From the NCBI GenBank assembly GCA_963726195.1, contig CAVSBO010000007.1, positions 62,533 to 126,532 on the forward strand: DNA of 64,000 nucleotides. The letters are read 5' to 3'. Under the pieces are notes generated by a model. The model saw only the letters and a program-made list of their open reading frames with translations. It did not search any database and was not told the origin of the DNA. Made by a program: the position numbers and the translations under genes. Positions 51,261 to 61,592 of this stretch are shown here, piece by piece. Within the stretch, counting starts at the first letter, position 1. Every line of letters starts with the position of its first letter. This stretch comes from Candidatus Thorarchaeota archaeon (GTDB lineage Archaea > Asgardarchaeota > Thorarchaeia > Thorarchaeales > Thorarchaeaceae).

Positions 51261-53363
51261 TTACGTGAACGTCTGCTCGTTTGCCGATGCGCCCACTCTG
51301 CGATATCCCCCGGCCCTCGCTCCCCAAGTTGCCCAGCCGGATGTTGATGTCCTTATCTCAGTGGCAAGCCCGAATGACTCTCTGACAGGAATCTCCGCAC
51401 GCACCCTGTAGAGTGTTCTCTCGGAATCTATCTCTAGGACTCTGCCTTGACGCTTCGATACTATCCCCGTGATTGTGCCTACGTGTTCTTCGGGTGTGCT
51501 TATCTCAAGGTGTATCCATGGCTCGAGAACGATGGGTTTTCCTGTCATGATGGACTTCCGAGCAGCATCAAGGAGCGGCTGAGTAACACCACGCCAAGAG
51601 GTCTCTGGTGATTCGGTGTGGAGTTCCATCTGCTCTATTATGATGGTTACCTTGCGCATGTGCTCTCCCGATACCGGACCGTTTCTGACCAGAGCGTTGA
51701 ATGCTTCGTGAATCGGCTCCGCCTCGTCTCCGAATGGATTGATTATGCCTGTTCCGTCCACGAGAAAGCATCCTGATCGTGAATCTGCGTCGAGCACCGA
51801 GCCAAGTCCACGGGTTGTTTCTTCATCCGATGTTATCACTGCCTTCACGAAGAACTGGCTGACCTTGCCTCCGCCTGCTGTGCTGGTGACCCCATCTGTG
51901 ATCATCTGTTCTCTAAGCAGGACCATAGGCTTACCGAGCACGACTTCGATGCCCTCTCTGGCCAGCTTCTCCACAGTGACTTCAACATGGAGTTCGCCCG
52001 CTCCTGACAACAGCATTTCACCTGTGTCGGGGTCAACATGGAACTCAAGTGCTGGGTCAGTGCTGACGAAATCTGCGATGAGTCCTTGGATGGTATTGAG
52101 GTCGGCGAGTCTTCTCGGTTCAAGGGTATAAGTCACAACCGGCTCGGTGGGGTACTGCAATCCCGCCATAGGCTCGATTGGTTCTGTCTTCTCACTCACG
52201 ATTGTGTCCCCGACGGCCAACTCCTTCATGCCTGTCATGAAGGCAAGGTTTCCTGCTGGTACAGATGGAAGTTGGATACGAGTCTTCGACATGAAGAGAC
52301 CGACTTGCAGACTCTTGCCGGTCTTCCCTGTTCTCAAGTTCCTGAGAGGTTTGGCCCGCTGCAGAGTTCCGGAGAAGACCCTGACGGCTGCCACAATGCC
52401 TGCGTGTTTGTCGGGCTGGGTATCTCCCACGAGCATGATACATGGTCCGTCGGTCTTGCACTCCAAGAGGGCTTTGCCTGCCACGGAGTCTTGATTCCCC
52501 TTCCAGAAGACAGGCACTCTATACCGCTGAGCATGGGCCGGGTCTGGAGTTGTCCTGACGAGCGCATCGAGCACTGCTCTGTCAACAGGATACTTGGCAG
52601 TGAGATTCTTCTCTGTGCCTTGGGCATAGGTCTCGACAACTTCATCAAGAATCGTCACGAGTGCATTCACCAGACCCGAAGGACCGCCCTCTTTCTTTGT
52701 CTTCTGTTTCAGAGCCTGAATGTCGATGCTCCATTTGTCAAGTGCAGATCCGATACAGAGCGAGCCTCTGCTGAATGACACCTGCCAAGATTCAAGAAGC
52801 TCGTCCGGAAGGTACTTGCCTAACATCGTGTTGAAGTCTCGAACTGTTTTGTTGACTTCTTCTGCTATCTTCCGTGCCTTGAGCTTCCTCTCGTTGATCA
52901 GCCTATCGACCTTGTTCACAAAAAGGACAGGCCTCACCAGCTCTCGCATTGCCTGTCTGGTCACGGTCTCCGTCTGAACCATTACTCCCTCTATAACGTC
53001 GACCACAACGACCGCGCCGTCAGTCAATCTGAGTCCCCGGCTAACATGGCTCGAGAAATCGATGTGGCCAGGAGTATCTATGAGATGAATGAGGTATTCC
53101 CTTCCCTCCATCTCATGAACGAGAGTTATTCCCGAAGCCTTGATGGTTATGCCACGCTGTTGCTCTATAGGATCATAGTCCATCAGCCGGGCAGACGCTG
53201 CCACTTCTTTCGACATTAACCCGGATGACGCTATGAGAGAATCCGTCAGAGTAGTCTTGCCGTGATCGACGTGAGCAATGACTGTGCAATTGCGGATGCG
53301 GTCAGTCTGACTTATCAGGGCCGCCGCCCGCTCGTCGACGAACTTCTTGTAGAGCTGGGACAA
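51261..53363 (-). CDS. EF-2 paralog (aEF-2p-like) lacking the diphthamide motif
   Basis: AHVDHGKTT, RGITI, DTPGH, NKVD, GAGELH; shortened domain IV reading LHTESPETSWRG. Confidence 0.85.
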   Translation of the reverse strand: MSQLYKKFVDERAAALISQTDRIRNCTVIAHVDHGKTTLTDSLIASSGLMSKEVAASARLMDYDPIEQQRGITIKASGITLVHEMEGREYLIHLIDTPGHIDFSSHVSRGLRLTDGAVVVVDVIEGVMVQTETVTRQAMRELVRPVLFVNKVDRLINERKLKARKIAEEVNKTVRDFNTMLGKYLPDELLESWQVSFSRGSLCIGSALDKWSIDIQALKQKTKKEGGPSGLVNALVTILDEVVETYAQGTEKNLTAKYPVDRAVLDALVRTTPDPAHAQRYRVPVFWKGNQDSVAGKALLECKTDGPCIMLVGDTQPDKHAGIVAAVRVFSGTLQRAKPLRNLRTGKTGKSLQVGLFMSKTRIQLPSVPAGNLAFMTGMKELAVGDTIVSEKTEPIEPMAGLQYPTEPVVTYTLEPRRLADLNTIQGLIADFVSTDPALEFHVDPDTGEMLLSGAGELHVEVTVEKLAREGIEVVLGKPMVLLREQMITDGVTSTAGGGKVSQFFVKAVITSDEETTRGLGSVLDADSRSGCFLVDGTGIINPFGDEAEPIHEAFNALVRNGPVSGEHMRKVTIIIEQMELHTESPETSWRGVTQPLLDAARKSIMTGKPIVLEPWIHLEISTPEEHVGTITGIVSKRQGRVLEIDSERTLYRVRAEIPVRESFGLATEIRTSTSGWATWGARAGGYRRVGASANEQTFT

Positions 53364-53372
53364 AGGTTCTTC

Positions 53373-53984
53373 CTACCTGACTTTCAGTTTGTAGTCAGAC
53401 AACGGGATAGTCGTGTCAGTGTGACACTTGGAGCATTTCATGACGACGGACTGCTTGTTCCTGCTGACTTCTTGTTGCAGTGGCTGCCCGCATTTGCAGA
53501 CGAACCCGATGATGCGTGCAGGATTGCCAACCACTAGAGCATGAGGCGGCACATTCTTGGTCACGACCGAACCCGCACCTACCATGCAGTACTCGCCGAG
53601 TGTAGTATCACAGACGATGACGGCGTGAGCACCAATGGAAGCTCCCTTCTTGATGAGGGTCTTGAAGACTTCCCATGTATCACTGAATGCTCGTGGGTAC
53701 ATGTCGTTAGTGAAAGTCATGTGTGGTCCACAGAAGACATCATCCTCTATTGTCACACCGTGGTAGACTGAAACCCCGTTCTGAATCTTGACTCCGTTGC
53801 CAACGATTACATCAGCGTCAACATATACGTTGTTCCCGATTATGCATCTCTCTCCAATCTTCGCTGTGCTCCTGACATGCGCGAAGTGCCAGACCTTGGT
53901 GCCCTTTCCAATCTGAGCACCCTGATCTATAACTGCAAGGGGATGAACGTAGACATCGCTCTTCTGTTCCGGTTTCTGCGACAT
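53373..53984 (-). CDS. Hexapeptide-repeat N-acyltransferase (WbpD-like) with C-terminal Zn ribbon
   Basis: KVWHFAHV, KIQNGVSVY, FTND..PR, GNPAR, CKCG...CSKC. Confidence 0.9.
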   Translation of the reverse strand: MSQKPEQKSDVYVHPLAVIDQGAQIGKGTKVWHFAHVRSTAKIGERCIIGNNVYVDADVIVGNGVKIQNGVSVYHGVTIEDDVFCGPHMTFTNDMYPRAFSDTWEVFKTLIKKGASIGAHAVIVCDTTLGEYCMVGAGSVVTKNVPPHALVVGNPARIIGFVCKCGQPLQQEVSRNKQSVVMKCSKCHTDTTIPLSDYKLKVR

Positions 53985-54046
53985 GCGCCTGTCCGAGTTC
54001 TAAGGAGAGTTAACTCTTACCATTCTCATCTAGCCCAGTCGGAGGA

Positions 54047-54679
54047 CTATACCTCGCTCGCCTTGGGCCAGTCATGGCTGTAGACGTGAGCATTCACGGA
54101 GAAGGTTGTAACAGTGCCCATGGCAATCTCCGTTCGCGTTGAAATCTCTGAGAGCAGCTCGGCCAGAGCGTAGACGTTTGCCGGCCAAGCAGCGAACATG
54201 TCGTTCGAGCGAATCGTGACTGACAGATCAAGAAAATCGTCACGAACCATGAACACAAAGTGGTTGAGGCATGGGACTTCATCACTCTTAGTGTCCTTTC
54301 TGGGATCCCATGTCGAGGCGACTGCCCTTCTGGTCGCCGGGTTCTGTTTAAGTTTGCTAACGATGTAGTCGAGCTGGTTGATTTGTTCGATGCCCCACGC
54401 ATTGAGCCGCTCACCATAAGTATACTCGAACTCTCCGCGGTCAGGAATTAGAAGCTGACTGGCGTACTTCTCGCGCAGGACGCTTTCACTGAAAGGATAC
54501 TTGGGGCTCACTCTGTCCGTGTAAGGATCTTCGATATGGATGAGGACATTGTCGCACCACCGGGTCTCGATGCCTCTCTCATCGCGCTGGAGCATTCCGT
54601 TTTCCATGATTCTGTGAATGATGCGCGTCCATCCGTCGACCGGGGTTCTTGCCTTGAGATAGAAGGGCATTGCAGTCAC
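54047..54679 (-). CDS. thyA: Archaeal-type thymidylate synthase
   Basis: YTYGERL, RRA, VPCL, RSND...AWPAN, AHVY. Confidence 0.9.
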   Translation of the reverse strand: MTAMPFYLKARTPVDGWTRIIHRIMENGMLQRDERGIETRWCDNVLIHIEDPYTDRVSPKYPFSESVLREKYASQLLIPDRGEFEYTYGERLNAWGIEQINQLDYIVSKLKQNPATRRAVASTWDPRKDTKSDEVPCLNHFVFMVRDDFLDLSVTIRSNDMFAAWPANVYALAELLSEISTRTEIAMGTVTTFSVNAHVYSHDWPKASEV

Positions 54680-55049
54680 CTAACGTCTTCTACGTTTGAT
54701 GGTCGCGAGATTTCAGCACCTATTGAACCTGATGCATTTGACGCACGTGATTTGGCGCCCATCATTCATCATGCTGTCTCTTCAATTTATGAACATCATC
54801 GAACAACAACCTACGAGACAGTGGCAAATAAGCGACTAGTACGGCCATTCTCTATTCTATCTTCGCAAAGTCTCGGAGTTTATCAACTGAGTTACGACGA
54901 CCATCACGCGTGACCGTGAATTTTGAGATGTCACTCATTGGGAAATGGCATTCGTGCCTTTCACTTGCCACGAAATCATTGAGCAACTATTATAACGGGG
55001 GTGGCGTAAACAGAATGGGACCCACGCATAGCAGCTGGGGTGTCGATTA

Positions 55050-55346
55050 ATGCCGCCGGGAGAAGACGTTACACCATTTAGATTGTACCTTGTCACTCAG
55101 CCACAGTGCCCGAGGTGCCCCGCAGCGAAAGCTGTCGTGGAAGAGGCTATTCAGGGAACTGATATACCTCTCAAGATAGTGAATCTGCAGGAGATGGACC
55201 CTGATTTTGAGTTCAGGCTTCTTGAAGAACAGGTATTCATTGCATCGACTCCGACTATTCTGATAGAGAACAGTGGCAGGCTCAGAGTGTTGACGAGAGG
55301 TGTCGTGCCCTCCATTGAGAAGATTCGCAAGGCTCTTGAGGAGTAG
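55050..55346 (+). CDS. NrdH/thioredoxin-like redoxin
   Basis: CPRC and STPT; ends 6 bp before nrdD. Confidence 0.8.
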   Translation: MPPGEDVTPFRLYLVTQPQCPRCPAAKAVVEEAIQGTDIPLKIVNLQEMDPDFEFRLLEEQVFIASTPTILIENSGRLRVLTRGVVPSIEKIRKALEE

Positions 55347-55352
55347 TGCGGT

Positions 55353-57496
55353 ATGACTGGCGTCAACAGCTCCGTCCTCAACTACGAGGATCTTGTCATG
55401 AGAGAGAGGAAGCTGCCAAAGGTCCGCACTACGAGCGGAACAATGGAGCCATTTGACGCAGAGCGAATCATAGACAGCCTCATGCTTGAGGCAAAGTTGG
55501 ACCGCGCCACCGCGGAATCAGTGGCGATAACGGTCATGGATAGGATTGTAGCATCTGGAATCAAGTTCCTTTCCGGACCACTGATTCGAGAGATGTGCGA
55601 CTGTGTTCTTACAGAAATGGGCCTAGAAAAGGAGCGCATGCGATACACTCGTGTCGGTATCCCAATGTACGATCTGGACCAGCTTATCCAGAATCCCGCC
55701 GGACATACTTCGAATGCGAACCTCATGAGAAATCCCTGAGACCATTGCCAAACTGGTTCACGATCAGGTCATGGAGCAGCACACGTACCTCACAATACCG
55801 AGCCACCTTGCTGACGCGCACTTGTCTGGTGATATCTACATCAAAGACCGAGAGTACTTCTCGACTCGAGACTACTGTGCGACATGGGATCTTCGTCAGG
55901 TTCTGCTTCTTGGGATTGCCCCTGACGGTCTCGGTGGGATGCATTCAAGTGCCGCAGGGCCTGCAAAGCATCTTGCAGTCGCAGTGAATCACTCTGCTAT
56001 CTGGTTGGCTGCAGCTCAGAGCTCGTTTGCAGGTGGACAGGGCTTCTTCTACTTCAACACGTTCCTTGCTCCCTTCATGAGGGGTAGGACTCCTGATGAA
56101 ATCAAGCAGGCTGCACAACAGCTGATCTTCACACTTACTCAGCAATACGTCGCACGCGGAGGCCAGGTGATATTCTCAAGCGTTGACCTAACGCCCGGCA
56201 TTCCGAAGATAATGAGAGACGTGCCTGCGGTGTTGCCGGGCGGAGAAACGGGTGCGCTGACTTACGGAGACTTCGAGCCCGAGGCTAAGCAGTTCTTCAA
56301 CGCATTCATGCAAGTCATGATCAAGGGCGATGCAAAGGGAAAGGGCTTCAGCTTTCCGAAGCCGAACATCGTTTTGCGCGAAGAATTCATGAAGCCTGAA
56401 TTCGATGACTCGTGGCAACTTGTCGCAGAGCTGACGGCGAAGCATGGCAGTCCCTACTTCGAGAACTACCTGAACTGGAGATCGTCGATTGAGGCAGGGT
56501 GCAGCAGCTGCTGTTCGCATCTCTGGACCGCAAGCACGAAGGAAGAGCTGGAAGAGTTCCTTACAGGGAACATGGTATTCGGTGCATCACAGATGGTTAC
56601 TCCGAACTTCGGACGCGCCGCATGGCTGGGACGATCGGACGAGGACAAGTTCTTCGCAAGAGTGGACCAGTGTCTAGACCTGTGCAAGGAAGTCATTCTT
56701 GAAAAGAAGCGGCTCATGGACAGGTTGATTGCGAGTGGGAGCGTTCCGTTCTATACACAGCCGAAGCCCAATGGGCAGCCGCTAATTGAGATGAGCAAGC
56801 GTCAGTTCCTGATTGGGACAGTTGGATTTGAAGAGGCCTCAGAAATCACGACTGGCTTCCATCTGCATGACCGAGAGGGTTCACGATTCGCCATCAAGGT
56901 GCTCAAGCACATGAGGAAGCGTGCGGATGAGTTCCAGAACGAGACCGGTCTGCACTTCGGAGTCACGCGTACGCCTGCCGAGACCGCTGCAGGCAAGCTC
57001 GCGATGAAAGATGCGAAGGCCTACCCCGGAATTAGGAAGTACCTGAAGGGAGTTGAGCCGAACCTGTACTACACGAACAGCACAACGCTGTACGTGGGCG
57101 CGGACATTCCTCTGACTGAGCGGATTAAGAAAGAGGGCATGTTCCACCCGTATCTTGATGGCGGTGCACTCACGCACGTTTTCTTGGGCGAGGCGAATCC
57201 TGATCCGGATGCGCTATGGGCGTTCAACATGAAGATTGCCAAAGACACGTTGAACGCTTACTGGAGCTTCACTAAAGATGTCGCTAATCTGTCCGCGCTG
57301 TTCTTACCAGAGCGGAATCGATTGGAGAACGACGAAGTTCAATTCCATCGAGGAACTCGACAAGATTGTGTGCCCGAAGTGCGGGTTTGTGGGTGTGGAA
57401 GTTATTTCCAGGATCACCGGGTACCAACAGTCGTTATCAAGCTGGCAGCCTTCAAAGAAGCAGGAGTTCATCGACAGGCATAGGTACTCTCTCTAG
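55353..57496 (+). CDS. nrdD: Anaerobic class III ribonucleoside-triphosphate reductase with ATP cone, 2 frameshifts
   Basis: ATP cone, AHLSGDIYIKD, TPAET, YYTNS, GGALTH, CPRC...CPKCG, SRITGY glycyl-radical motif. Confidence 0.92.
57456..57480 (+). repeat. nrdD 3'-end repeat, copy 1 (inside the intact gene)
   Basis: AGAAGCAGGAGTTCATCGACAGGCA. Confidence 0.9.
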
Positions 57497-57676
57497 GTGC
57501 AATGCTGTTCTGATATCACAGAATCAGTGGCTCAAGTTTTTTTCATAGTACTCGCGAAACCGAGCGACTCTCAGCTGCACCCTATGCAGTACACCAGTCT
57601 GCCAGCGGCTCTGGAGGCCAGAGCCATAATACCTTGTTCCTTATACAGAGACGGCCTGCTGCAGCATTGGTGGAGG

Positions 57677-58405
57677 ATGCCTTTGAGTCTGCTGCCGTCT
57701 GCAGATGAAATAGTGGCAGAAGTGGTCCGGAAGTTCAAGGACCTCGATGTGAACGGAATCCACGCAAAGACGTATGATAGCATGCTCAGGCACCGCAACA
57801 CATACTATGCTCGCAGAGTCGACGAGCTTCTAGGGAAGTTGAAGATTGATGACGCTGCGCGCCAGGTCGTCCGCAATGCTCTCCTTTCTCCGTTGACCAT
57901 TGGAGACGTTCAGTACAGCAACTTTATGGAGGAAGTGGCTCGGCGCATGAGCCAGAGCATGCAGCCGATTAGTGGGAGAGTCGCGGAAGTCTGTGCCGAG
58001 ATTGAACTGAAGCGCGCGGGCCTGAAGCGTGATGTTGACTATGGCATACGCGAGAAGCGAACTGACATCACGATCTATCACCCCCAGAAAGAGGCAGGAG
58101 CCAAAACACATCGCGTGGAAGTGAAGAACATGAAGCTCCGCGAAAGGGCCGCGCGCGGACTTGTATTCGATGGAGATTCTCTCTTTGGTTTCTTCGATGA
58201 TCCCGGAGAATTCACGAGCGGTAACCTCACGGTGATTGAAAAAACATGCATAGCCACTGGCGGGTACGTCTATATTCCTCCGCCAACTCTGGAACTAGTC
58301 CGTCAGGGGCATCTTGTTCCTGTGGACAGCAGGCTGAGACCAAATACTCGATTTGCTCATGACATGACCGAGTTTGCTCATGAGGGCAGGATTTCACCTA
58401 CTTAG
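57677..58405 (+). CDS. Putative type II restriction endonuclease (PD-(D/E)xK)
   Basis: SGRVAE, TDITI...VEVK, LRER; GGAGG RBS; converges on a DNA methyltransferase. Confidence 0.65.
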   Translation: MPLSLLPSADEIVAEVVRKFKDLDVNGIHAKTYDSMLRHRNTYYARRVDELLGKLKIDDAARQVVRNALLSPLTIGDVQYSNFMEEVARRMSQSMQPISGRVAEVCAEIELKRAGLKRDVDYGIREKRTDITIYHPQKEAGAKTHRVEVKNMKLRERAARGLVFDGDSLFGFFDDPGEFTSGNLTVIEKTCIATGGYVYIPPPTLELVRQGHLVPVDSRLRPNTRFAHDMTEFAHEGRISPT

Positions 58406-59286
58406 GCGGTCTCCAAAAGTCAAGGATGTATTCGAAGGTTGTGCCAAGAGTGATATAGTTGTTAGGCCAGCCGAAAATTCCGACCTTGTTCACAAGGTTT
58501 CTGCGGTCCCAGATTATTATGTTCCGCAGTTCATATCCTGCTTTCTCGAGAGCGTCGACTACGTAAATGTGGACCTTCACTCGATGGTTCTCCCACCAGA
58601 GGTCCGTTATATTGATTACACAGTGAGCCTTTGGTCTCATCAGCGGAAGAATCCCTGCGTAGATTTCTCCGAGAGTCTTAGAGTACGCCGCTGGGTCCAT
58701 CGTTCCAAGATCCATCGGATCGTTAGAGTACTGCTGAATTGTAAGATAATGTTCATTGTTTCTGAGGTCTCCTCGTATGCTCTTGTTCTTTCTTCTTCGA
58801 TTCAGCATGTTCGCATACGGAGGAGAGGTGACGGACAGTGAGACAGTTTCCTCCTCAAAGTATTCGGGTATGTTATGCGCTTCATCGCAGATGGCCATTT
58901 GCCTGGATCCGCCTTCCAAACGAGTCTGACCTAGTCTTGAGTTGCAGAGGTCGATGTACTCCTTCTTCAAATCAAAGCCGACAGCATTTCGATCCAAGTC
59001 TTCCGCAGCCACAAGAGTTGTGCCACTGCCCACGAATGGATCGAGAACTAGTTCTCCTTTGTGAGTGAATAGGCTGATACATCGGGCAGGCAGAGCGATT
59101 GGGAAGACGAGCTGGATGCACGTTCTTGTCTCGGAGGTCTCTCTTTTCGTAGAAGAACTCCCATATGGCGACCTGGCTCTGTATCCACTCTTTGGCGGTC
59201 ATGCAATTGATGTGGTTCTCGGGACAATTGCATGTCTTTGTGTGACCGATTTCAAGAGGCTTCGTTGTTTTCTCAGTGGACTGCAT
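58398..59286 (-). CDS. Amino DNA methyltransferase (probably N4-cytosine), frameshift near 59105
   Basis: HPA.FP, DPFVGSGTT, TSPPY, NIIIWD. Confidence 0.9.
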
Positions 59287-59399
59287 CGCTCTCGACTAAG
59301 GATAATGGTCAATCCTTTAAAGCCTATACATGGATGACGCCGAAGGATGTGACCCGGTTCTGCTGATAGGCCGGAGATGATGAGAAAGGAGGGCGGCCA

Positions 59400-60112
59400 G
59401 TGGTTGGAGCTCCGGTTTTGACGCTTGAATTGCTGGAGGAGCGGCTCGGAGAGCTGAAGGGACAGCGGTTTGAGCTGGTCCGAGGCGGCGACGGGGCCGC
59501 AGGCCATACCCTTGAGCATCTATTGGGCTTGAAAGAGAACAACCTCTCTGTACCAGACTGGGGTGATTTCGAACTCAAGACATGTCAGAGGGAGTCAAGA
59601 ACTCCGGTGACGCTCGTCTCCAAGGCGCCGAGAAGGATAGGCAATATCAGTAGACAAGAGTTCATTGCCAAGCACGGTTACAGCGATGAGATGGGACGAA
59701 CCGGGTTGAATTGCACCGTGAGTGCATCATGCGTCAACAGCAGAGGCTGGCAGCTGCGGGTTTCTCCAGACAACAAGCGCATCGACATTGAGCACATGGG
59801 CGACGGTGGTAGCGTTTCAGGATTTGCCATCATTGGCAAACACTCTTGCGAAGAAGGTCCACAACATGGTTCTGGTGATGGCGGACATTCTACCTGATGA
59901 GTCCGGTGCACATGTGACGCTACGTGGAGGCCTTCCTCCTCGCGGGCATCAATAATGACAACATCGCCTCAATGTTCAGACAGGGTCACATCACGTTCGA
60001 CTGGCGAATGTACTTGAGGTCTGACGGGTCAGTGCGCGACCATGGACCTGTATACCGCATCGCCCAATCCCACCTGCCCCAACTCTACTCCATAAGAAAG
60101 AGAGTGCTCTGA
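59400..60112 (+). CDS. MvaI/BcnI family restriction endonuclease, 2 frameshifts (error or pseudogene)
   Basis: GAAGHTLEHLLGLKENN...PDWGDFELK; C-terminal RDHG. Confidence 0.8.
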
Positions 60113-60153
60113 GTCCTGTGGGAATGCAGACCATCAGGACGTCTCATACACGA

Positions 60154-60227
60154 CAAGGCTCTTCCGACTGGGTCGCCCTGAGAAGCAGGAGTTCATCGAC
60201 AGACACCGGTACGACCTGAGTTGGTGA
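60154..60227 (+). repeat. nrdD 3'-end relic, copy 2
   Basis: 60181-60202 is identical to 57456-57477 (22 nt); encodes KQEFIDRHRYDLSW* versus nrdD KQEFIDRHRYSL*. Confidence 0.9.
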
Positions 60228-60234
60228 AGCCGAA

Positions 60235-60612
60235 TCATGCGAAGAGCCAGACTCGCTCAATCCACTCAACTGGGCTCAGATAGATACTTGCATATACAGT
60301 GCCTCTTACGATAATCACATCGCCAATACCAAGACCACAGGTATTGCAGGGCAGAGTAATATTGCCCGTTCCGTCGGTCACCGTAATATCGCCGTCACAT
60401 CCTGTCCCCCACCAGACCACGTAGCCGCCTACTATCCGTCCCTTTATTGTGACGCTCTCTCCCACCGCCACCGTTCCAGCGTTGATGTCGCCAATCGGTG
60501 TGATTCCCAAGGGATTATCATGAATGTACGTGCCTACAGACGCAGTGAGCGCAATGACGACTATGACAAGAGCCACGAGCCTTCTCCTACTCAAGGGAAT
60601 CGTCCCCCGCAT
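60235..60612 (-). CDS. Small membrane-anchored OB-fold-like protein
   Basis: N-terminal hydrophobic helix, VTIKGRI, VTDGTGNI, GDVIIVRGTV. Confidence 0.6.
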   Translation of the reverse strand: MRGTIPLSRRRLVALVIVVIALTASVGTYIHDNPLGITPIGDINAGTVAVGESVTIKGRIVGGYVVWWGTGCDGDITVTDGTGNITLPCNTCGLGIGDVIIVRGTVYASIYLSPVEWIERVWLFA

Positions 60613-60703
60613 TCGCGTCTACTCCGCTTGGCTATTCGCATTGTATGCTAAAGAGGGTTTGCAGAGTCTCCATCGGGAAACAGCCCTCAGAATCTTCCTA
60701 TGA

Positions 60704-61306
60704 CTAGTCGCCAGATCCGATCTTCAAGTCCAACCACTTCGTATGAAACTCTCTTGCTCCACGTCTACTGAGAATCCCGTACTCCTTGAGCAGGCATGCT
60801 CTGTTGTGCCTGATGATGTCCTCGACCTTTCCAGATTCGAAGGCTCTCACGCAGAGTCTGCCTTCGCCATTGAAAGGGTCATCATATGTCGGCAGTCCCA
60901 GTTCCCTCACTACTGCCTCTTTCTTTTCTGCTTTGGTCATCTGAATTTCTTTGTCGATGTCCAGTATCTCTCGACCAGAGTTCCAGTAGTAGCAGCCCTC
61001 TTCGAATGCCTTATTGAAAGCATGCAGCGGACTAGTCGCCTTGGACATGAACATGATCGCGCTTTTCTGAAATGCTGCGAGAGAATCGATCCCTTTGGCA
61101 GCGAAAACCTGTAGTTTGCCGCCCGCAAGAATCCCGACCGCCGTGATTCTCATGTCGCGATAGCGTGCCAGGTAGTCTTCCTTGTCCTGACAGTAGGGCG
61201 CTTCACCGAACTGGCCAACGGTTTCGATATCGATAATCGTGCCTTTGAAATCGCCTTCCACCGTTTCTTCATGCTGGATGTAGTGTTTAAGCACCCTGTA
61301 TGGCAA
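60704..61306 (-). CDS. RNase H-like / DnaQ-type 3'-5' exonuclease domain protein
   Basis: IIDIETVG, AFNKAFE, HNRACL. Confidence 0.65.
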   Translation of the reverse strand: MPYRVLKHYIQHEETVEGDFKGTIIDIETVGQFGEAPYCQDKEDYLARYRDMRITAVGILAGGKLQVFAAKGIDSLAAFQKSAIMFMSKATSPLHAFNKAFEEGCYYWNSGREILDIDKEIQMTKAEKKEAVVRELGLPTYDDPFNGEGRLCVRAFESGKVEDIIRHNRACLLKEYGILSRRGAREFHTKWLDLKIGSGD

Positions 61307-61352
61307 CGAGGAACCCCCAATGAAGAAAGGGTCGCTCGGCCATATCTCTTTT

Positions 61353-61427
61353 GGCCTTCAATAGGCATCAGGCTCCTGACGGCCCTCCATGCGGCAGGAG
61401 TTCATCGACAGGCACAGGAACCAGCTT
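61353..61427 (+). repeat. nrdD 3'-end relic, copy 3
   Basis: 61394-61414 is identical to 57460-57480 (21 nt); in-register GLQ*ASGS*RPSMRQEFIDRHRNQL versus GYQQSLSSWQPSKKQEFIDRHRYSL. Confidence 0.9.
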
Positions 61428-61592
61428 CGGTCAGTCCCCGGCTTCTTGGGAATCCATGAATGCATCTAGTGTTGTTTGAGGTGACCTTGGACTCCTAAGT
61501 CCATCCAGTTCCTGTTGATACGCTCTACTCTTGACATGCGATTGAGTTTTATAGAGCCTCCACTGATAGAGGCTGTTTGTGGGCAATTCACA

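Noticed and set aside
54536-54913. 125-aa ORF between thyA and the redoxin gene
   Set aside because: Partly antisense to thyA with no motifs; probably a divergent promoter region.
55730-55745. TGA in nrdD as selenocysteine readthrough
   Set aside because: Homology continues in another frame (NP-ETIAKLVHD), so this is an extra base, not an in-frame UGA.
57456-61427. The three direct repeats as a CRISPR array
   Set aside because: Spacing is 2.7 kb and 1.2 kb with whole genes between, and the repeat is nrdD coding sequence.
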